The notes: generated by a model not told the origin, from the letters alone. Shown: positions 21,558 to 31,734, counted from the stretch's first letter. The stretch: DNA of 33,223 nt from Capsulimonadales bacterium (GCA_033762295.1 JANRLW010000105.1:1-33223); one strand, 5' to 3'. Translations and numbers: made by a program.

Positions 21558-21788
21558 TCATTCCTCCCTCGGGCTTCGCCAGTACGGTGAAACGGATTTC
21601 ACCAGCGCTCCGGCCCGACTTACCGGGCCGCCCGGTTTATGCGGTTTATCAGGAGTAACCGAAGTCGGCTTGTCCGTCAAGCCGTTCGTATCGGCCAGGT
21701 GCTCGCGACGGATTCCGAGACGACGCGCCTCCGACAGCAGGAACCGATAGAAGTCCGGAAACGGATCGGGTTTGCTCTGGTTCTTCAT
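21558..21788 (-). CDS. Small hypothetical protein directly upstream of the integrase
   Basis: ATG 21788 follows GGAAG, and its stop lies 1 nt before the integrase start. Its position makes it a candidate directionality factor (inference only). Confidence 0.5.
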   Translation of the reverse strand: MKNQSKPDPFPDFYRFLLSEARRLGIRREHLADTNGLTDKPTSVTPDKPHKPGGPVSRAGALVKSVSPYWRSPREE

Positions 21789-21861
21789 TCTTCCGGCCTC
21801 CGTGCGCCGGGCCTGTCGGGGTTCCGCAGTCCGGCGCAACTTCTTTGTGCTGAGACGGGTT

Positions 21862-22215
21862 TCATACCCGCATCTTCATCTGCCGTTCGTTCGGCGACAT
21901 AGGACGGTCTTCGATGCATTCCCCGGTATCCGTGCGGATAACCCGGACCGTACCGAGTTCGTAGTTGAATCGGTATTCCACCTCGACATCACGCCATTCG
22001 ATGCCGGTTCTCACCATGTCCGATTTTTTGTTGACGACGTTGCTATAGAACTCCAAACGCTGTTTGAATTCGGCGTTGGCTTCCTTCTTCTCGCCCTCCA
22101 CGTTCAGGCGCTCTTTGACGGCCTGCGCCGATTCGCGGGCGGCGCGGGCTACTTCATCTTCAGTGAGCTTGCAGGGCAGGTTCTGCGTTCGCATTTCGGT
22201 GCGTACTTTGTCCAT
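21862..22215 (-). CDS. Phage-type hypothetical protein (coiled-coil)
   Basis: LPCKLTEDE...IRTDTGECIEDRPM; co-oriented within the early operon. The start is uncertain (22215 or 22260). Confidence 0.7.
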   Translation of the reverse strand: MDKVRTEMRTQNLPCKLTEDEVARAARESAQAVKERLNVEGEKKEANAEFKQRLEFYSNVVNKKSDMVRTGIEWRDVEVEYRFNYELGTVRVIRTDTGECIEDRPMSPNERQMKMRV

Positions 22216-22921
22216 TTTTGTCACTTTGAGTCCAATCGAGTTCTTTGACCGTGAAGCCACGGCTCATCATTTCGGCCCCAACCACGGAGCGATGGCACCC
22301 GTCAGGGCGACCACAGGCGCACATCAACACGACCGGCGTGCGGCCATTTTTAAGCATCTGATCTATCCGGGCGATGCCACCATCCATGTCCGCGATACGA
22401 ATGTCCCCGATCCCGGCAGGGTTGCTTTTTGCCGTGTTGCCGAGTTCCGGCAGGTGGGTGTATCGGGATTGGAAGAGGGATCGTAGCGCGGACCGGTCGA
22501 ACTCCTCCCGCAGCTTGCTGTGCGGCCAATGGCGAATATCCACCAGCCACCCGCGGACGGACTTGATGCTCTCGAAGAGATCGCCGACCGGGCGGTTGCC
22601 GTAGCCGGTCAGATACACGATCCTCGGGGCCATCCGGGGCGACGGTTTCGGTCCTCCGGCCAGACGGTACGGGATGGACGTGCGAACCCGATACTCGTCC
22701 GGCGGGGAGTAACGCCAGCAGCCGAATTCCGCCTCCGTCCCCGGCCAATGGTAGATCCACCGCTCTCCCAGATGGCGGGCACGAGCGACGAACAGACCCG
22801 GGGAGATCTCCCACGGCTCGTAGGTCCACCCCCTCTCGTGCATCCTCCGCAACTGACCCTCGTCCGGCATGCCGAAGATGGTGAAGGTTGGATGGGTGAT
22901 TTTGGGAAGGAGGTCAGGCAT
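22160..22921 (-). CDS. DUF488-domain protein with an N-terminal extension
   Basis: YLTGYGNR, LVDIRHWPHS, YTHLPELG and LMCAC...CHRSVV. Confidence 0.8.
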   Translation of the reverse strand: MPDLLPKITHPTFTIFGMPDEGQLRRMHERGWTYEPWEISPGLFVARARHLGERWIYHWPGTEAEFGCWRYSPPDEYRVRTSIPYRLAGGPKPSPRMAPRIVYLTGYGNRPVGDLFESIKSVRGWLVDIRHWPHSKLREEFDRSALRSLFQSRYTHLPELGNTAKSNPAGIGDIRIADMDGGIARIDQMLKNGRTPVVLMCACGRPDGCHRSVVGAEMMSRGFTVKELDWTQSDKNGQSTHRNANAEPALQAH

Positions 22922-23408
22922 GGGGTACCTCCTCAAACAGGCTTCCGACCGCTTTGCGCCCCATTCGCTTCGCCCGGAGATTCGCCTTCCGAAATGGAAT
23001 GTCGTACCGGTTATGGCATTGCTGGCAGAGGGCTTTCAGGTTCTCATCCCGGTTATCCGCCGTATCGTGATTCAGATGCGCGATCGTCAGCATGACCACA
23101 AACCAGTGGTTTCCGTCGCCGTCGCAACAAATGCCCGTTTCGGGATCGGTGCAGTCGTTGTACTGATCCACGAACTCCTGCGCCTCGGCAAACGTCAGGC
23201 GGCGGTTCTCGCGATACGCCTCACCCCAACCGGAATAATCGCAAAGGATGTTGCCTCGGTTCGGATGGAACTGACCGTCGGTATCGCGATAGCCGACCGC
23301 GTGATGGCAGACCTTTCGGCAGCCCTCGCAGCGGTATCCGGCCCTCCGAAGTATCCGCTCCCGGATCTCCTTCCAGTCGGCAGGGTACTTGCGCATATCA
23401 CAGGGCAT
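22914..23408 (-). CDS. HNH endonuclease-family protein
   Basis: YPADWKEIRERILRRAGYRCEGC...LTIAHLNHD..DN..ENLKALCQQCHNRYD. It is coupled to the upstream gene by TGATG. Confidence 0.85.
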   Translation of the reverse strand: MPCDMRKYPADWKEIRERILRRAGYRCEGCRKVCHHAVGYRDTDGQFHPNRGNILCDYSGWGEAYRENRRLTFAEAQEFVDQYNDCTDPETGICCDGDGNHWFVVMLTIAHLNHDTADNRDENLKALCQQCHNRYDIPFRKANLRAKRMGRKAVGSLFEEVPHA

Positions 23409-23662
23409 CACGCCACCCCTCGCCTTTCCATCTCGTAGATCTCCCGCAGCCGTCGCCGGATCACCGGGATCAGCGTGCGCTGGAGATCGGGCATCGCCAG
23501 CGCGGCTTCGCATTCGATCCGGGAAAACCGCTGAATATCGGATTTGCGGCACTCGACGACGACGGAGGCGACCCATCCGCCGATGGCCTGTTTCGCGAAC
23601 GGGTTGCCCCGGAATCGCTCCGGGGCATCGGGGTTGATAACATCGCGGTAGTCGGTTTTCAT
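23408..23662 (-). CDS. Hypothetical protein
   Basis: GGAGGAG RBS; its stop overlaps the HNH start. Confidence 0.65.
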   Translation of the reverse strand: MKTDYRDVINPDAPERFRGNPFAKQAIGGWVASVVVECRKSDIQRFSRIECEAALAMPDLQRTLIPVIRRRLREIYEMERRGVA

Positions 23663-23664
23663 GG

Positions 23665-24020
23665 CTACGATCGCTCCTCCCAGTCCCGCACCCGGCCCGC
23701 AAGAAACAGCAGAGCCATCCACAGCCCGATCAACATGGCAACGGTACGGATCGGTAGTTGGTCCGGATCCAGGACCAGCATCACCGCGAACACCCCCCAC
23801 CCGCCCGATTCGAGGACCTGCGCCCGGACCGGAGGTTTCCGCCGCGTCTTTCCGGGAAGGGAGGACAGACCCGGCAGGGACGGCAGAGGGGGCATCTCTT
23901 CCCTCTCTGCCGACCCCTCCCCCGGATTGTCCACGGAGGGCGCTTCGGAAATCACGAAGAACGGCTCCCAGGGGTAGTCACCGAAATGATGGAGGTTCCC
24001 ACCGGATTTCATCGCAGGTT

Positions 24021-24024
<4 letters not shown>
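23665..24024 (-). CDS. Hypothetical protein with C-terminal hydrophobic segments
   Basis: ATGA overlap with the upstream gene and a GGAGG RBS. There are two hydrophobic stretches near the C-terminus. Confidence 0.6.
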
Positions 24025-25644
<1,620 letters not shown>

Positions 25645-25655
<11 letters not shown>

Positions 25656-26148
25656 ACACCACCTCCCCGCGTCGCTCCATCGACTCCCTAGACTCGGTCG
25701 ATTCCACCGGCTCCGTGGATGCCATCGCCGCGACCAGTTCCCGCCAGCGCGCCGCGCCCTTGTCCTCCGTCAGTGGCAACGCCGCCCCAATACTGTTGTA
25801 CGCCTTGCTCCGGACCCGGACGGTACCGTCGGGTTCCCGGTCGATGACGTACAGGAACCCTGGCAGGATACCGTGGCTGCGCACCCAATTACGGATACCG
25901 ATCATCGTCAGCCGGGCGCACCAGGCGTAGCCTGGGCTGGCGACGCTCTCGGTCCCCGTCGTACCGGTCGGGGTGTTCGTCAGCTTGGCTCCGACCGGCA
26001 CCCGAACCGCGAAAAAGGACATTCGATGACGGGGTAGCCCCCCTACCAGCACTCGTGGTATGCTATGTTCTGGTTTGTTATGCGTCTTTTGCAATTTAGA
26101 AGCCTTTCCGCCGCCGTGCGACAACACGGCGGCTTTTGTTTGTCTCAT
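25645..26148 (-). CDS. Hypothetical protein
   Basis: Overlaps the downstream gene start. The start is either ATG 26148 (MRQTKAAV) or ATG 26022. Confidence 0.55.
26071..26141 (+). ncRNA. Candidate ~70-nt antisense RNA within the leftward operon
   Basis: Extended -10 TG-G-TATGCT at 26056-26064, an AT-rich body, then an intrinsic terminator, all opposite to the operon direction. Confidence 0.45.
26110..26141 (+). terminator. Intrinsic terminator hairpin
   Basis: GCCGCCGTG-CGACAA-CACGGCGGC (9-bp perfect stem) followed by TTTTGTTT. Confidence 0.7.
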
Positions 26149-26167
26149 CCCGCCTGGTTTCAGGAAG

Positions 26168-26479
26168 TTACTCCAGCGGCTTGCCGGAAAGGTCGACCTT
26201 AGTCTGCCCCACATGCACGCCCGTGAAATCGTCGCACCAGCCCGGCGGCGCGACATTCCCAGGATTTGAATGCCCGCTCATCGAAACGCGGAACGTATGT
26301 TCCTGCCAGCTACCGAACGCGCCGGACGCGATCAGGGCCTTGGCCGCCTCTTTTGCCTGCTTCACGGCTTCCGCCGCTTCCGGGAGTTCCGCCTGCCCGA
26401 GAAACGGCTGCGCGTCGATCAACTCGGAAAAGTTCTGCGTCCCCTTCGGGATCAAAAACGGACTCACACTCCAACTCAT
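26168..26479 (-). CDS. Hypothetical protein
   Basis: ATGA-coupled start, protein-like composition, co-oriented in the operon. Confidence 0.65.
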   Translation of the reverse strand: MSWSVSPFLIPKGTQNFSELIDAQPFLGQAELPEAAEAVKQAKEAAKALIASGAFGSWQEHTFRVSMSGHSNPGNVAPPGWCDDFTGVHVGQTKVDLSGKPLE

Positions 26480-26678
26480 TTGGTTTTCATTGCCTTTCGT
26501 GTAGCGATCTTTCTCGACAATCCCGACGAACCGGTTACCTCCGGTCTTCGTCTTGTCGTCGAATTCTGCGACTGTGCCCGGAGTCCGGCGCTATCACGCT
26601 GCGCCGGTTCGCGGTCGGGTATCGCCCGGTGCTTATCGGTCCCCGACGAACCGCGCACCGCCACGTCCTTCCTTGCGT

Positions 26679-26765
26679 TCACGTGGTTTTGTTCAGGCAA
26701 AAGGTCGGGCGGATGATCTCACCACCGCCCCAGATCACCTGAGCACCAGCTAGCTCCGCTCGCAT
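26679..26765 (-). CDS. 28-aa small ORF (MRAELAGAQVIWGGGEIIRPTFCLNKTT)
   Basis: A strong AGGAGGTGA SD lies 7 nt upstream of ATG 26765. Its stop overlaps GTG 26682 (GTGA) of the next ORF, 26476-26682. Confidence 0.5.
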   Translation of the reverse strand: MRAELAGAQVIWGGGEIIRPTFCLNKTT

Positions 26766-26813
26766 GCGTTTGTCACCTCCTACGGTCCACCCCACCTACA
26801 TGGGGAGTTTTCC

Positions 26814-27335
26814 TTACACCGCCCAATCTGCCGTCCGCGTGCTCACGGTCTCGCCCCTGGCCGGCGGCGAACTGGCCGCTCGCGCCTTCTCGATCAGGGA
26901 CACCGTCCGACCGTATCGCCCCATCCGGTCAAAAATCTCCGGGTACTCGGATTCGAGCAAGGCAATCGTCAATTCGTGTTTACACTGCGGCCACGCTTTC
27001 CTTGGCAGGGCCTGATTGCGGGTAATCCCTGCCGCAATCAGCAACTGCCGGGTGCGCACGACGATCCCAGCCGGTCGCTCCGCTGTGGGCGGAGCGTGCT
27101 CGATACAGGAACACGTATCGTTCACCGGATCAACCGTCACCGGCTGACAGCCCTCGGCCTGACGACGCATCAGAATGGTTCCACCGAGGCAGGAATGAAC
27201 TCGATATTGGGTGTACTGCGCCTTCGCTTCCCGGATACGGGTCTGTAAAATTCCCTGCGCTTTGCGTATCAGGGCGGCGATCATTGCCTCGGTCAGTTCG
27301 GTGGGCGGTTGGGTCGTCGAAACGTTCGGTCCCAT
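26814..27335 (-). CDS. SWIM-type zinc-finger protein
   Basis: VDPVNDTCSC...QCKH (CxC-xn-CxH, with an unusually long spacer). GAGGAG RBS. Confidence 0.65.
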   Translation of the reverse strand: MGPNVSTTQPPTELTEAMIAALIRKAQGILQTRIREAKAQYTQYRVHSCLGGTILMRRQAEGCQPVTVDPVNDTCSCIEHAPPTAERPAGIVVRTRQLLIAAGITRNQALPRKAWPQCKHELTIALLESEYPEIFDRMGRYGRTVSLIEKARAASSPPARGETVSTRTADWAV

Positions 27336-27367
27336 TGTCAGGACATCTCCTCGGTTTGTTTTCTATA

Positions 27368-27420
27368 TTTTGAATTAAATTCACAACAAACGCAAGGGTT
27401 TTCCTGAATTAAATTCACAA
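27368..27420. promoter_or_regulatory. Two repressor operators (16-bp direct repeat TGAATTAAATTCACAA)
   Basis: TTTTGAATTAAATTCACAA at 27368-27386 and TCCTGAATTAAATTCACAA at 27402-27420. Each has a palindromic TGA-N7-TCA core. Confidence 0.8.
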
Positions 27421-27705
27421 ACCGGCAACGACATCAGGAGATTTCCGAACGCGCCGGAGCACTTTCCCAAGCTTCTTTGTGTTCTCGTTTGCCTCCATCA
27501 CTACTTCGAGGGGCTTGCCCAAGACGGCGGCCGTCGCTTTCAGATAGGAAAGTTTATCAGTCCCTTTGAGTTCGACATGAGACACTGCGCTCTGGTTGGT
27601 GGGAGCGTTGTCCCACACCTGCGTCAGTGCCTCATGGAACGCCTTCTGCGACAGCCCCGCAGAATTCCTTAGACTGACGAGCGTTTCGGTTGACTGTCGT
27701 TCCAT
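27415..27705 (-). CDS. Cro-like XRE helix-turn-helix protein
   Basis: LVSLRNSAGLSQKAF...QSAVSHVELKG...AAVLG. It is divergent from the repressor and is the first gene of the leftward operon. Confidence 0.75.
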   Translation of the reverse strand: MERQSTETLVSLRNSAGLSQKAFHEALTQVWDNAPTNQSAVSHVELKGTDKLSYLKATAAVLGKPLEVVMEANENTKKLGKVLRRVRKSPDVVAGL

Positions 27706-27711
27706 ACCGGT

Positions 27712-27740
27712 ATTATGATTTGTTTTCACAACAATCGCAA
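27712..27740 (-). promoter_or_regulatory. Sigma70-type leftward promoter (leaderless cro-like transcript)
   Basis: TTGCGA (27740-27735), 17 bp spacer, CATAAT (27717-27712), 6 nt, then ATG 27705. No SD. Confidence 0.65.
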
Positions 27741-27812
27741 GTAAAATCGGCAACCAAGTGGTTAATTATGTGACTTATCTTCATAATGGCAAGTTGTGAA
27801 ATAATTTCATAA
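27713..27812. promoter_or_regulatory. Three repressor operators between the divergent HTH genes
   Basis: TTATGATTTGTTTTCACAA (27713-27731), ATGTGACTTATCTTCATAA (27768-27786) and TTGTGAAATAATTTCATAA (27794-27812). Confidence 0.75.
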
Positions 27813-27876
27813 AATGGGGGATAGTTTATTGCTAAAAGTTGTGCCTACTCTGCCGGTGAATCGGCTTTACCTACCA

Positions 27877-28290
27877 ATGCCAAAGACTTTCGGGGACTGG
27901 CTAAAAGAAGAACGAGAGAAGCGCGGGCTCTCGCAGAATCAGCTTGCCGATCTTTCGGGTGTTGACGCATCGACTGTCAACAAATACGAAAGCGGCCTGG
28001 TGGAGATGCCAAGAAAAGGCACCGTGAAGAAACTCGCATCCGGCCTATCCTCTACCGGAATTCCAATGCCGGAAACCGAAGCGCTGGCAGCTCTGGCAAA
28101 TTCGTTCAGTCCCACAGACGAACTGATTCGGGAGCGCGACCCGGACATGGCAATTACCATCGAGCGGTACAGCGGTCTCGGAAAACCGAGTCGGGAGGTC
28201 ATAGATCGCATTGTTGAAGCGATGTTCGAAAAGGAGAAGGGAAGTTCCGGGGACAATGATGCCCCTGTTTCTGATCGAGGAGACGATTGA
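27877..28290 (+). CDS. XRE-family immunity repressor (ImmR/CI-like, no S24 peptidase domain)
   Basis: FGDWLKEEREKRGLSQNQLADLSGVDASTVNKYESG..MP..KKLASGL. It overlaps the ImmA-like gene. Confidence 0.88.
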   Translation: MPKTFGDWLKEEREKRGLSQNQLADLSGVDASTVNKYESGLVEMPRKGTVKKLASGLSSTGIPMPETEALAALANSFSPTDELIRERDPDMAITIERYSGLGKPSREVIDRIVEAMFEKEKGSSGDNDAPVSDRGDD

Positions 28291-28690
28291 GGAGGCCGCG
28301 CTGGTGATCGCTGACCGGCTGCGCCGCCTGGCGGACGGAGCGCTGAACGACCCCGAGACCTGGCTGCGGGTCTGCACCCGTATCGACTGCCGCGCCGTCA
28401 CCTACGATGTGCCCGGAGCCGGCCGGGGAGAGTTCGCCCCGTATCCCGGCCCGACACCGCCCTGCCTGACGGGCGTTATCGCCATCAATATGGCCTATCC
28501 GCCCGACGAGGTCTGCCGTGCCTGGGTGCACGAGTTGGCCCACGCGGAACTGCATCGCTGGCACCCGCCGCAGTTGGAGGAAGCCAAAGATTCCTGGATG
28601 TATGAAGGCGCTCCCGAGGATGTTCGTCACCGGATCGCCCGCCGGGTCGAGGTTCTTATTTTGGGACATTTTGGGGATAAGGTTGTTTGA
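28256..28690 (+). CDS. ImmA/IrrE-family metallopeptidase (anti-repressor)
   Basis: VIAIN...RAWVHELAH (HExxH), directly downstream of the XRE repressor. Confidence 0.78.
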   Translation: MMPLFLIEETIEEAALVIADRLRRLADGALNDPETWLRVCTRIDCRAVTYDVPGAGRGEFAPYPGPTPPCLTGVIAINMAYPPDEVCRAWVHELAHAELHRWHPPQLEEAKDSWMYEGAPEDVRHRIARRVEVLILGHFGDKVV

Positions 28691-28733
28691 AAAACCTGCC
28701 GAAGATTTTGAATGTGCGGGAATAGGAGATTTT

Positions 28734-30134
28734 ATGCGCTTCATATTTGTGTTAATCTTAATTCTTTCGGCGAATGGCAGTTTCGCTCAGACAGCAAAGC
28801 CTGAAGACATTTACAAAAGGGCTCTCCCGTCAGTTGCCACATTATCGGTAACGACACAAGGTGGAAGTGTCCGTATCGGCACTGCATTTTTAGCGATCAA
28901 GGACGGGGTAGCCGTTACTGCGTGGCATGTTGTTTCAAAGGCGGAAAAAGCCACAGCAAAATTTGCCGACGGTGAGGTATTCGAAGTTTCCGGTGTAATT
29001 GACAAGGATATTAGACGCGATATCGCTTTGATAAAGATCAAGACAGCAGGTCGGGATCTCTTGCGGTTAGCTAAGGAGGTACCTGCCGTCGGCCAAAAAG
29101 CATTTGTTATTGGTGCGCCAAAAGGCCTCGATTTCTCTTTTAGCGAGGGGAATGTTAGCCAAATTCAAAATGCCGATGGTTGGAAGCAATATCAATTTAC
29201 CAGCCCGGCCTCTCCGGGTAACAGCGGAGGGCCGCTGTTAAACGAAAATGGAGAGGTGATGGGGGTCGTCTCGTTTCAAATAACGGACGGACAGAACCTC
29301 AATTTTGCCATTCCTGCACATTACGCGGCGGGATTGGATTCTACGCTACCAACAACGCCCTGGAGTGCACTTAAGGATGATTCGAATACGCTCTCGGACT
29401 CTTCGGAAAGCGCACCGGCCCTTCCAATCAATATTCCAGGCATTCAAGTAGAGCCCACCGAAGTCTTCTTTAAAACCATTTTTGAGGCACGGGCCAAAGC
29501 CAAAAAGACTGCTTTCGAAACCGATGAGGAGTTCAAGCAGCGCACTGAAATAAAGATCGATACTCAGCGGACTTATTATTTTGTCGCGGAAAGCCAGATC
29601 ATTGGTGGATCAAAAAAGACAGAACCGTTCAGCTACGATGCCAAAAATCAGACGCTTTCCGTTCGTGGCGGCATTGGATCAAACATCTCTAATGGAGGAA
29701 TTCGCCTTGGCGTGATTCCCATGCCAATTCGTTGCACGGTCAAGGTCGGAGAACGTTACGAAGCGCGGAATGGGTTCGGGGCTAGAGTTAACGTCACTCC
29801 GATAATCTACCAGAACTTTATTATTGGCGTCACTAACAATAAAGCGTTTTCGTCTGCGGCAATAGATTTTCGTCAACATGTATTCGGTGTATCAGTCCGC
29901 CGAACACGCGAAAATGCGGAAGCCCTATCAAAAACGATGGCGGTTCTAGTTGGCGTTCGGTTTCCCGACCCTAGCCAATTTCGCTTCTGGCAAACACGCG
30001 ATAAACCGACTTTCGATATTCCTATCGACGAGATCAACCTGAATTTTTACGCTGAAGCAACCGTGGAATCAATAGTCCTCATTGACTATTCAAAACAGGA
30101 GATTGTCGAGAGAATTGAACCCGTTCGGAAGTGA
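28734..30134 (+). CDS. Secreted trypsin-like (S1C) serine protease with an unknown C-terminal domain
   Basis: Signal peptide MRFIFVLILILSANGSFA; catalytic triad motifs TAWHVV, DIALIK and SPGNSGGPL. AGGAG RBS; no PDZ domain recognised. Confidence 0.88.
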   Translation: MRFIFVLILILSANGSFAQTAKPEDIYKRALPSVATLSVTTQGGSVRIGTAFLAIKDGVAVTAWHVVSKAEKATAKFADGEVFEVSGVIDKDIRRDIALIKIKTAGRDLLRLAKEVPAVGQKAFVIGAPKGLDFSFSEGNVSQIQNADGWKQYQFTSPASPGNSGGPLLNENGEVMGVVSFQITDGQNLNFAIPAHYAAGLDSTLPTTPWSALKDDSNTLSDSSESAPALPINIPGIQVEPTEVFFKTIFEARAKAKKTAFETDEEFKQRTEIKIDTQRTYYFVAESQIIGGSKKTEPFSYDAKNQTLSVRGGIGSNISNGGIRLGVIPMPIRCTVKVGERYEARNGFGARVNVTPIIYQNFIIGVTNNKAFSSAAIDFRQHVFGVSVRRTRENAEALSKTMAVLVGVRFPDPSQFRFWQTRDKPTFDIPIDEINLNFYAEATVESIVLIDYSKQEIVERIEPVRK

Positions 30135-30209
30135 TCCATGAACCTGTTCTCATCCCTGTAGTTCACCATTAGGGGTGGGGCCCTAAAGAATGAAAGGGGC
30201 AAGTGGACT

Positions 30210-30293
30210 ATGAGAAAAAAGAAAGACGATCCTCCTTCCGGCACGTTTATCGCCGACTTTCCCAGTGCCGAAGATATTCTCGGGCGGTGCTTG
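30210..30293 (+). repeat. 84-bp imperfect direct repeat, copy 1
   Basis: 76/84 identical to 31098-31181 by manual alignment. Confidence 0.92.
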
Positions 30294-31064
30294 AATTCGT
30301 CGCCGGGCACGCCGCCTCAGCGTCCCGCAGAGGTGCACTGCACCTTCGGTAATCGACTTTGGGCAGCCAGCGTGCTCCTCGCGCTGCTCCTGTTCGCCTT
30401 CCCGGCGCTGGCCCAGGACCTGGCCGGGAAAGTCGTCGGTGTCCATGACGGTGACACCATCACGCTGCTGACGGAAAGCGACGGACGGAACGGACAGAAC
30501 GGACAGAAGCGATCGATCAAGATCCGCCTGAACGGAATCGACGCACCGGAGACGGATCAGCCTTTCGGGCAGGCATCGAAGCAGTTCGCCAGTAAAGCGG
30601 TCTTCGGGCAGCAGATCACCGTCAAGAGCCAGGGACAGGACCGGTACGGACGAACGCTTGGTGTCGTGATGACGGCGGACGGCAAGAACCTGAATCAGGC
30701 ACTGGTCAAGAACGGATACGCCTGGTGGTACCGCAAGTACGCTCCGAACGACGGGGCACTCAAGCAACTGGAGTTCGAGGCGCGGCAGGCAAGGCGCGGG
30801 TTGTGGGCAGAGTCCCGCATCGCGATCGCGCCCTGGGAGTGGAGATCGGGCCGACGGGCGAACCCACCTCCCCAGGTCAGAACACGTAGGGCGACAATAA
30901 CGGCACCTGCAATCGAGAAGGATGTCACGGTCTGGGTCAACACCAACAGCGGGATTTACCACTACCCCGGCCAACGCTGGTTCGGAAACACGAAGCACGG
31001 GATGTTCATGAAGGAAAAGGACGCCCAGGCGCAGGGGTACCGGGCGACGATGAACGGGCAGTAG
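30210..31064 (+). CDS. Secreted thermonuclease (SNase family) with a C-terminal small DNA-binding-type domain
   Basis: VHDGDTI, IRLNGIDAPE..QPFG, DRYGRTLG, LVKNGYAW, ARQARRGLW and C-terminal VWVNTNSGIYHYPG...AQAQGYR. The signal peptide suggests the real start may be GTG 30333. Confidence 0.9.
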   Translation: MRKKKDDPPSGTFIADFPSAEDILGRCLNSSPGTPPQRPAEVHCTFGNRLWAASVLLALLLFAFPALAQDLAGKVVGVHDGDTITLLTESDGRNGQNGQKRSIKIRLNGIDAPETDQPFGQASKQFASKAVFGQQITVKSQGQDRYGRTLGVVMTADGKNLNQALVKNGYAWWYRKYAPNDGALKQLEFEARQARRGLWAESRIAIAPWEWRSGRRANPPPQVRTRRATITAPAIEKDVTVWVNTNSGIYHYPGQRWFGNTKHGMFMKEKDAQAQGYRATMNGQ

Positions 31065-31097
31065 CAGACTCTTTGCAGATTAAAGCGTGAATCGATT

Positions 31098-31181
31098 ATG
31101 AGAAAAAAGAAAGACGATCTTCCTTCCGACGCGTTTATCGGCGACTTTCCCAGTGCCGAGGATCTTTTCGGGTGGTGCTTG
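31098..31181 (+). repeat. 84-bp imperfect direct repeat, copy 2
   Basis: 76/84 identical to 30210-30293 by manual alignment. Confidence 0.92.
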
Positions 31182-31385
31182 CATTGCGAGCACGTTTGGC
31201 CAACAGAGGATTGGACCAAGGCAGGGGACGAGTGTCCAGGCTGCGGAGCCGATTTATGGGATCGTTGGCCATGGACGAAAGTCCGGTCATTGAATCCTGA
31301 GTACCCGGAGACACCGGAATCCGGTGCGTATCATCCGATGTATCCCGAAATACCCGGAACGAAAGAGAGATCCGATGACCTTTAA
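31098..31385 (+). CDS. Small zinc-ribbon hypothetical protein
   Basis: WCLHCE...CPGCG; Trp-rich. Confidence 0.7.
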   Translation: MRKKKDDLPSDAFIGDFPSAEDLFGWCLHCEHVWPTEDWTKAGDECPGCGADLWDRWPWTKVRSLNPEYPETPESGAYHPMYPEIPGTKERSDDL

Positions 31386-31734
31386 ATTTCCTGAAAACAA
31401 AGACGACCTACTCCGCAGTTACCAATGGGTAATAACATTTGCTGACAGGAGGTGTTTTGATTCCACTTACGGCGCTAACCTCTTGATTGCTAACCCACCT
31501 CCGCCCGGATCGTTGATTATTGATATTTATAACGACTCCGAGAACGGAATCAAGAAATTTGCCACAGTGTGGCACCCGGATTTCGCCGTTTGGCAGCCCG
31601 GCGCCCCTTACTGGGACCTTCAAATGACAATCGGTGGGAGCATTCCTGATCCATTTATTGTCGAGCTACGAGCGGCCTGGGAAGAGAAGCAACGGCTGAT
31701 GGGAGAGGCTGCAGGCAAAACGTGGCAACCGTAA
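31375..31734 (+). CDS. Hypothetical protein
   Basis: ATG 31375 overlaps the upstream gene's 3' end. No family recognised. Confidence 0.6.
   Translation: MTFKFPENKDDLLRSYQWVITFADRRCFDSTYGANLLIANPPPPGSLIIDIYNDSENGIKKFATVWHPDFAVWQPGAPYWDLQMTIGGSIPDPFIVELRAAWEEKQRLMGEAAGKTWQP

Noticed and set aside
27368..27812. CRP sites or a mini-CRISPR
   Set aside because: The spacing is TGA-N7-TCA rather than CRP's TGTGA-N6-TCACA. Only two exact 16-bp copies exist, with irregular spacing and no cas genes.
30210..31181. Diversity-generating retroelement TR/VR pair
   Set aside because: The mismatches are not adenine-specific (C/T and C/G included), the repeats sit at 5' gene ends, and no reverse transcriptase is present in the window.
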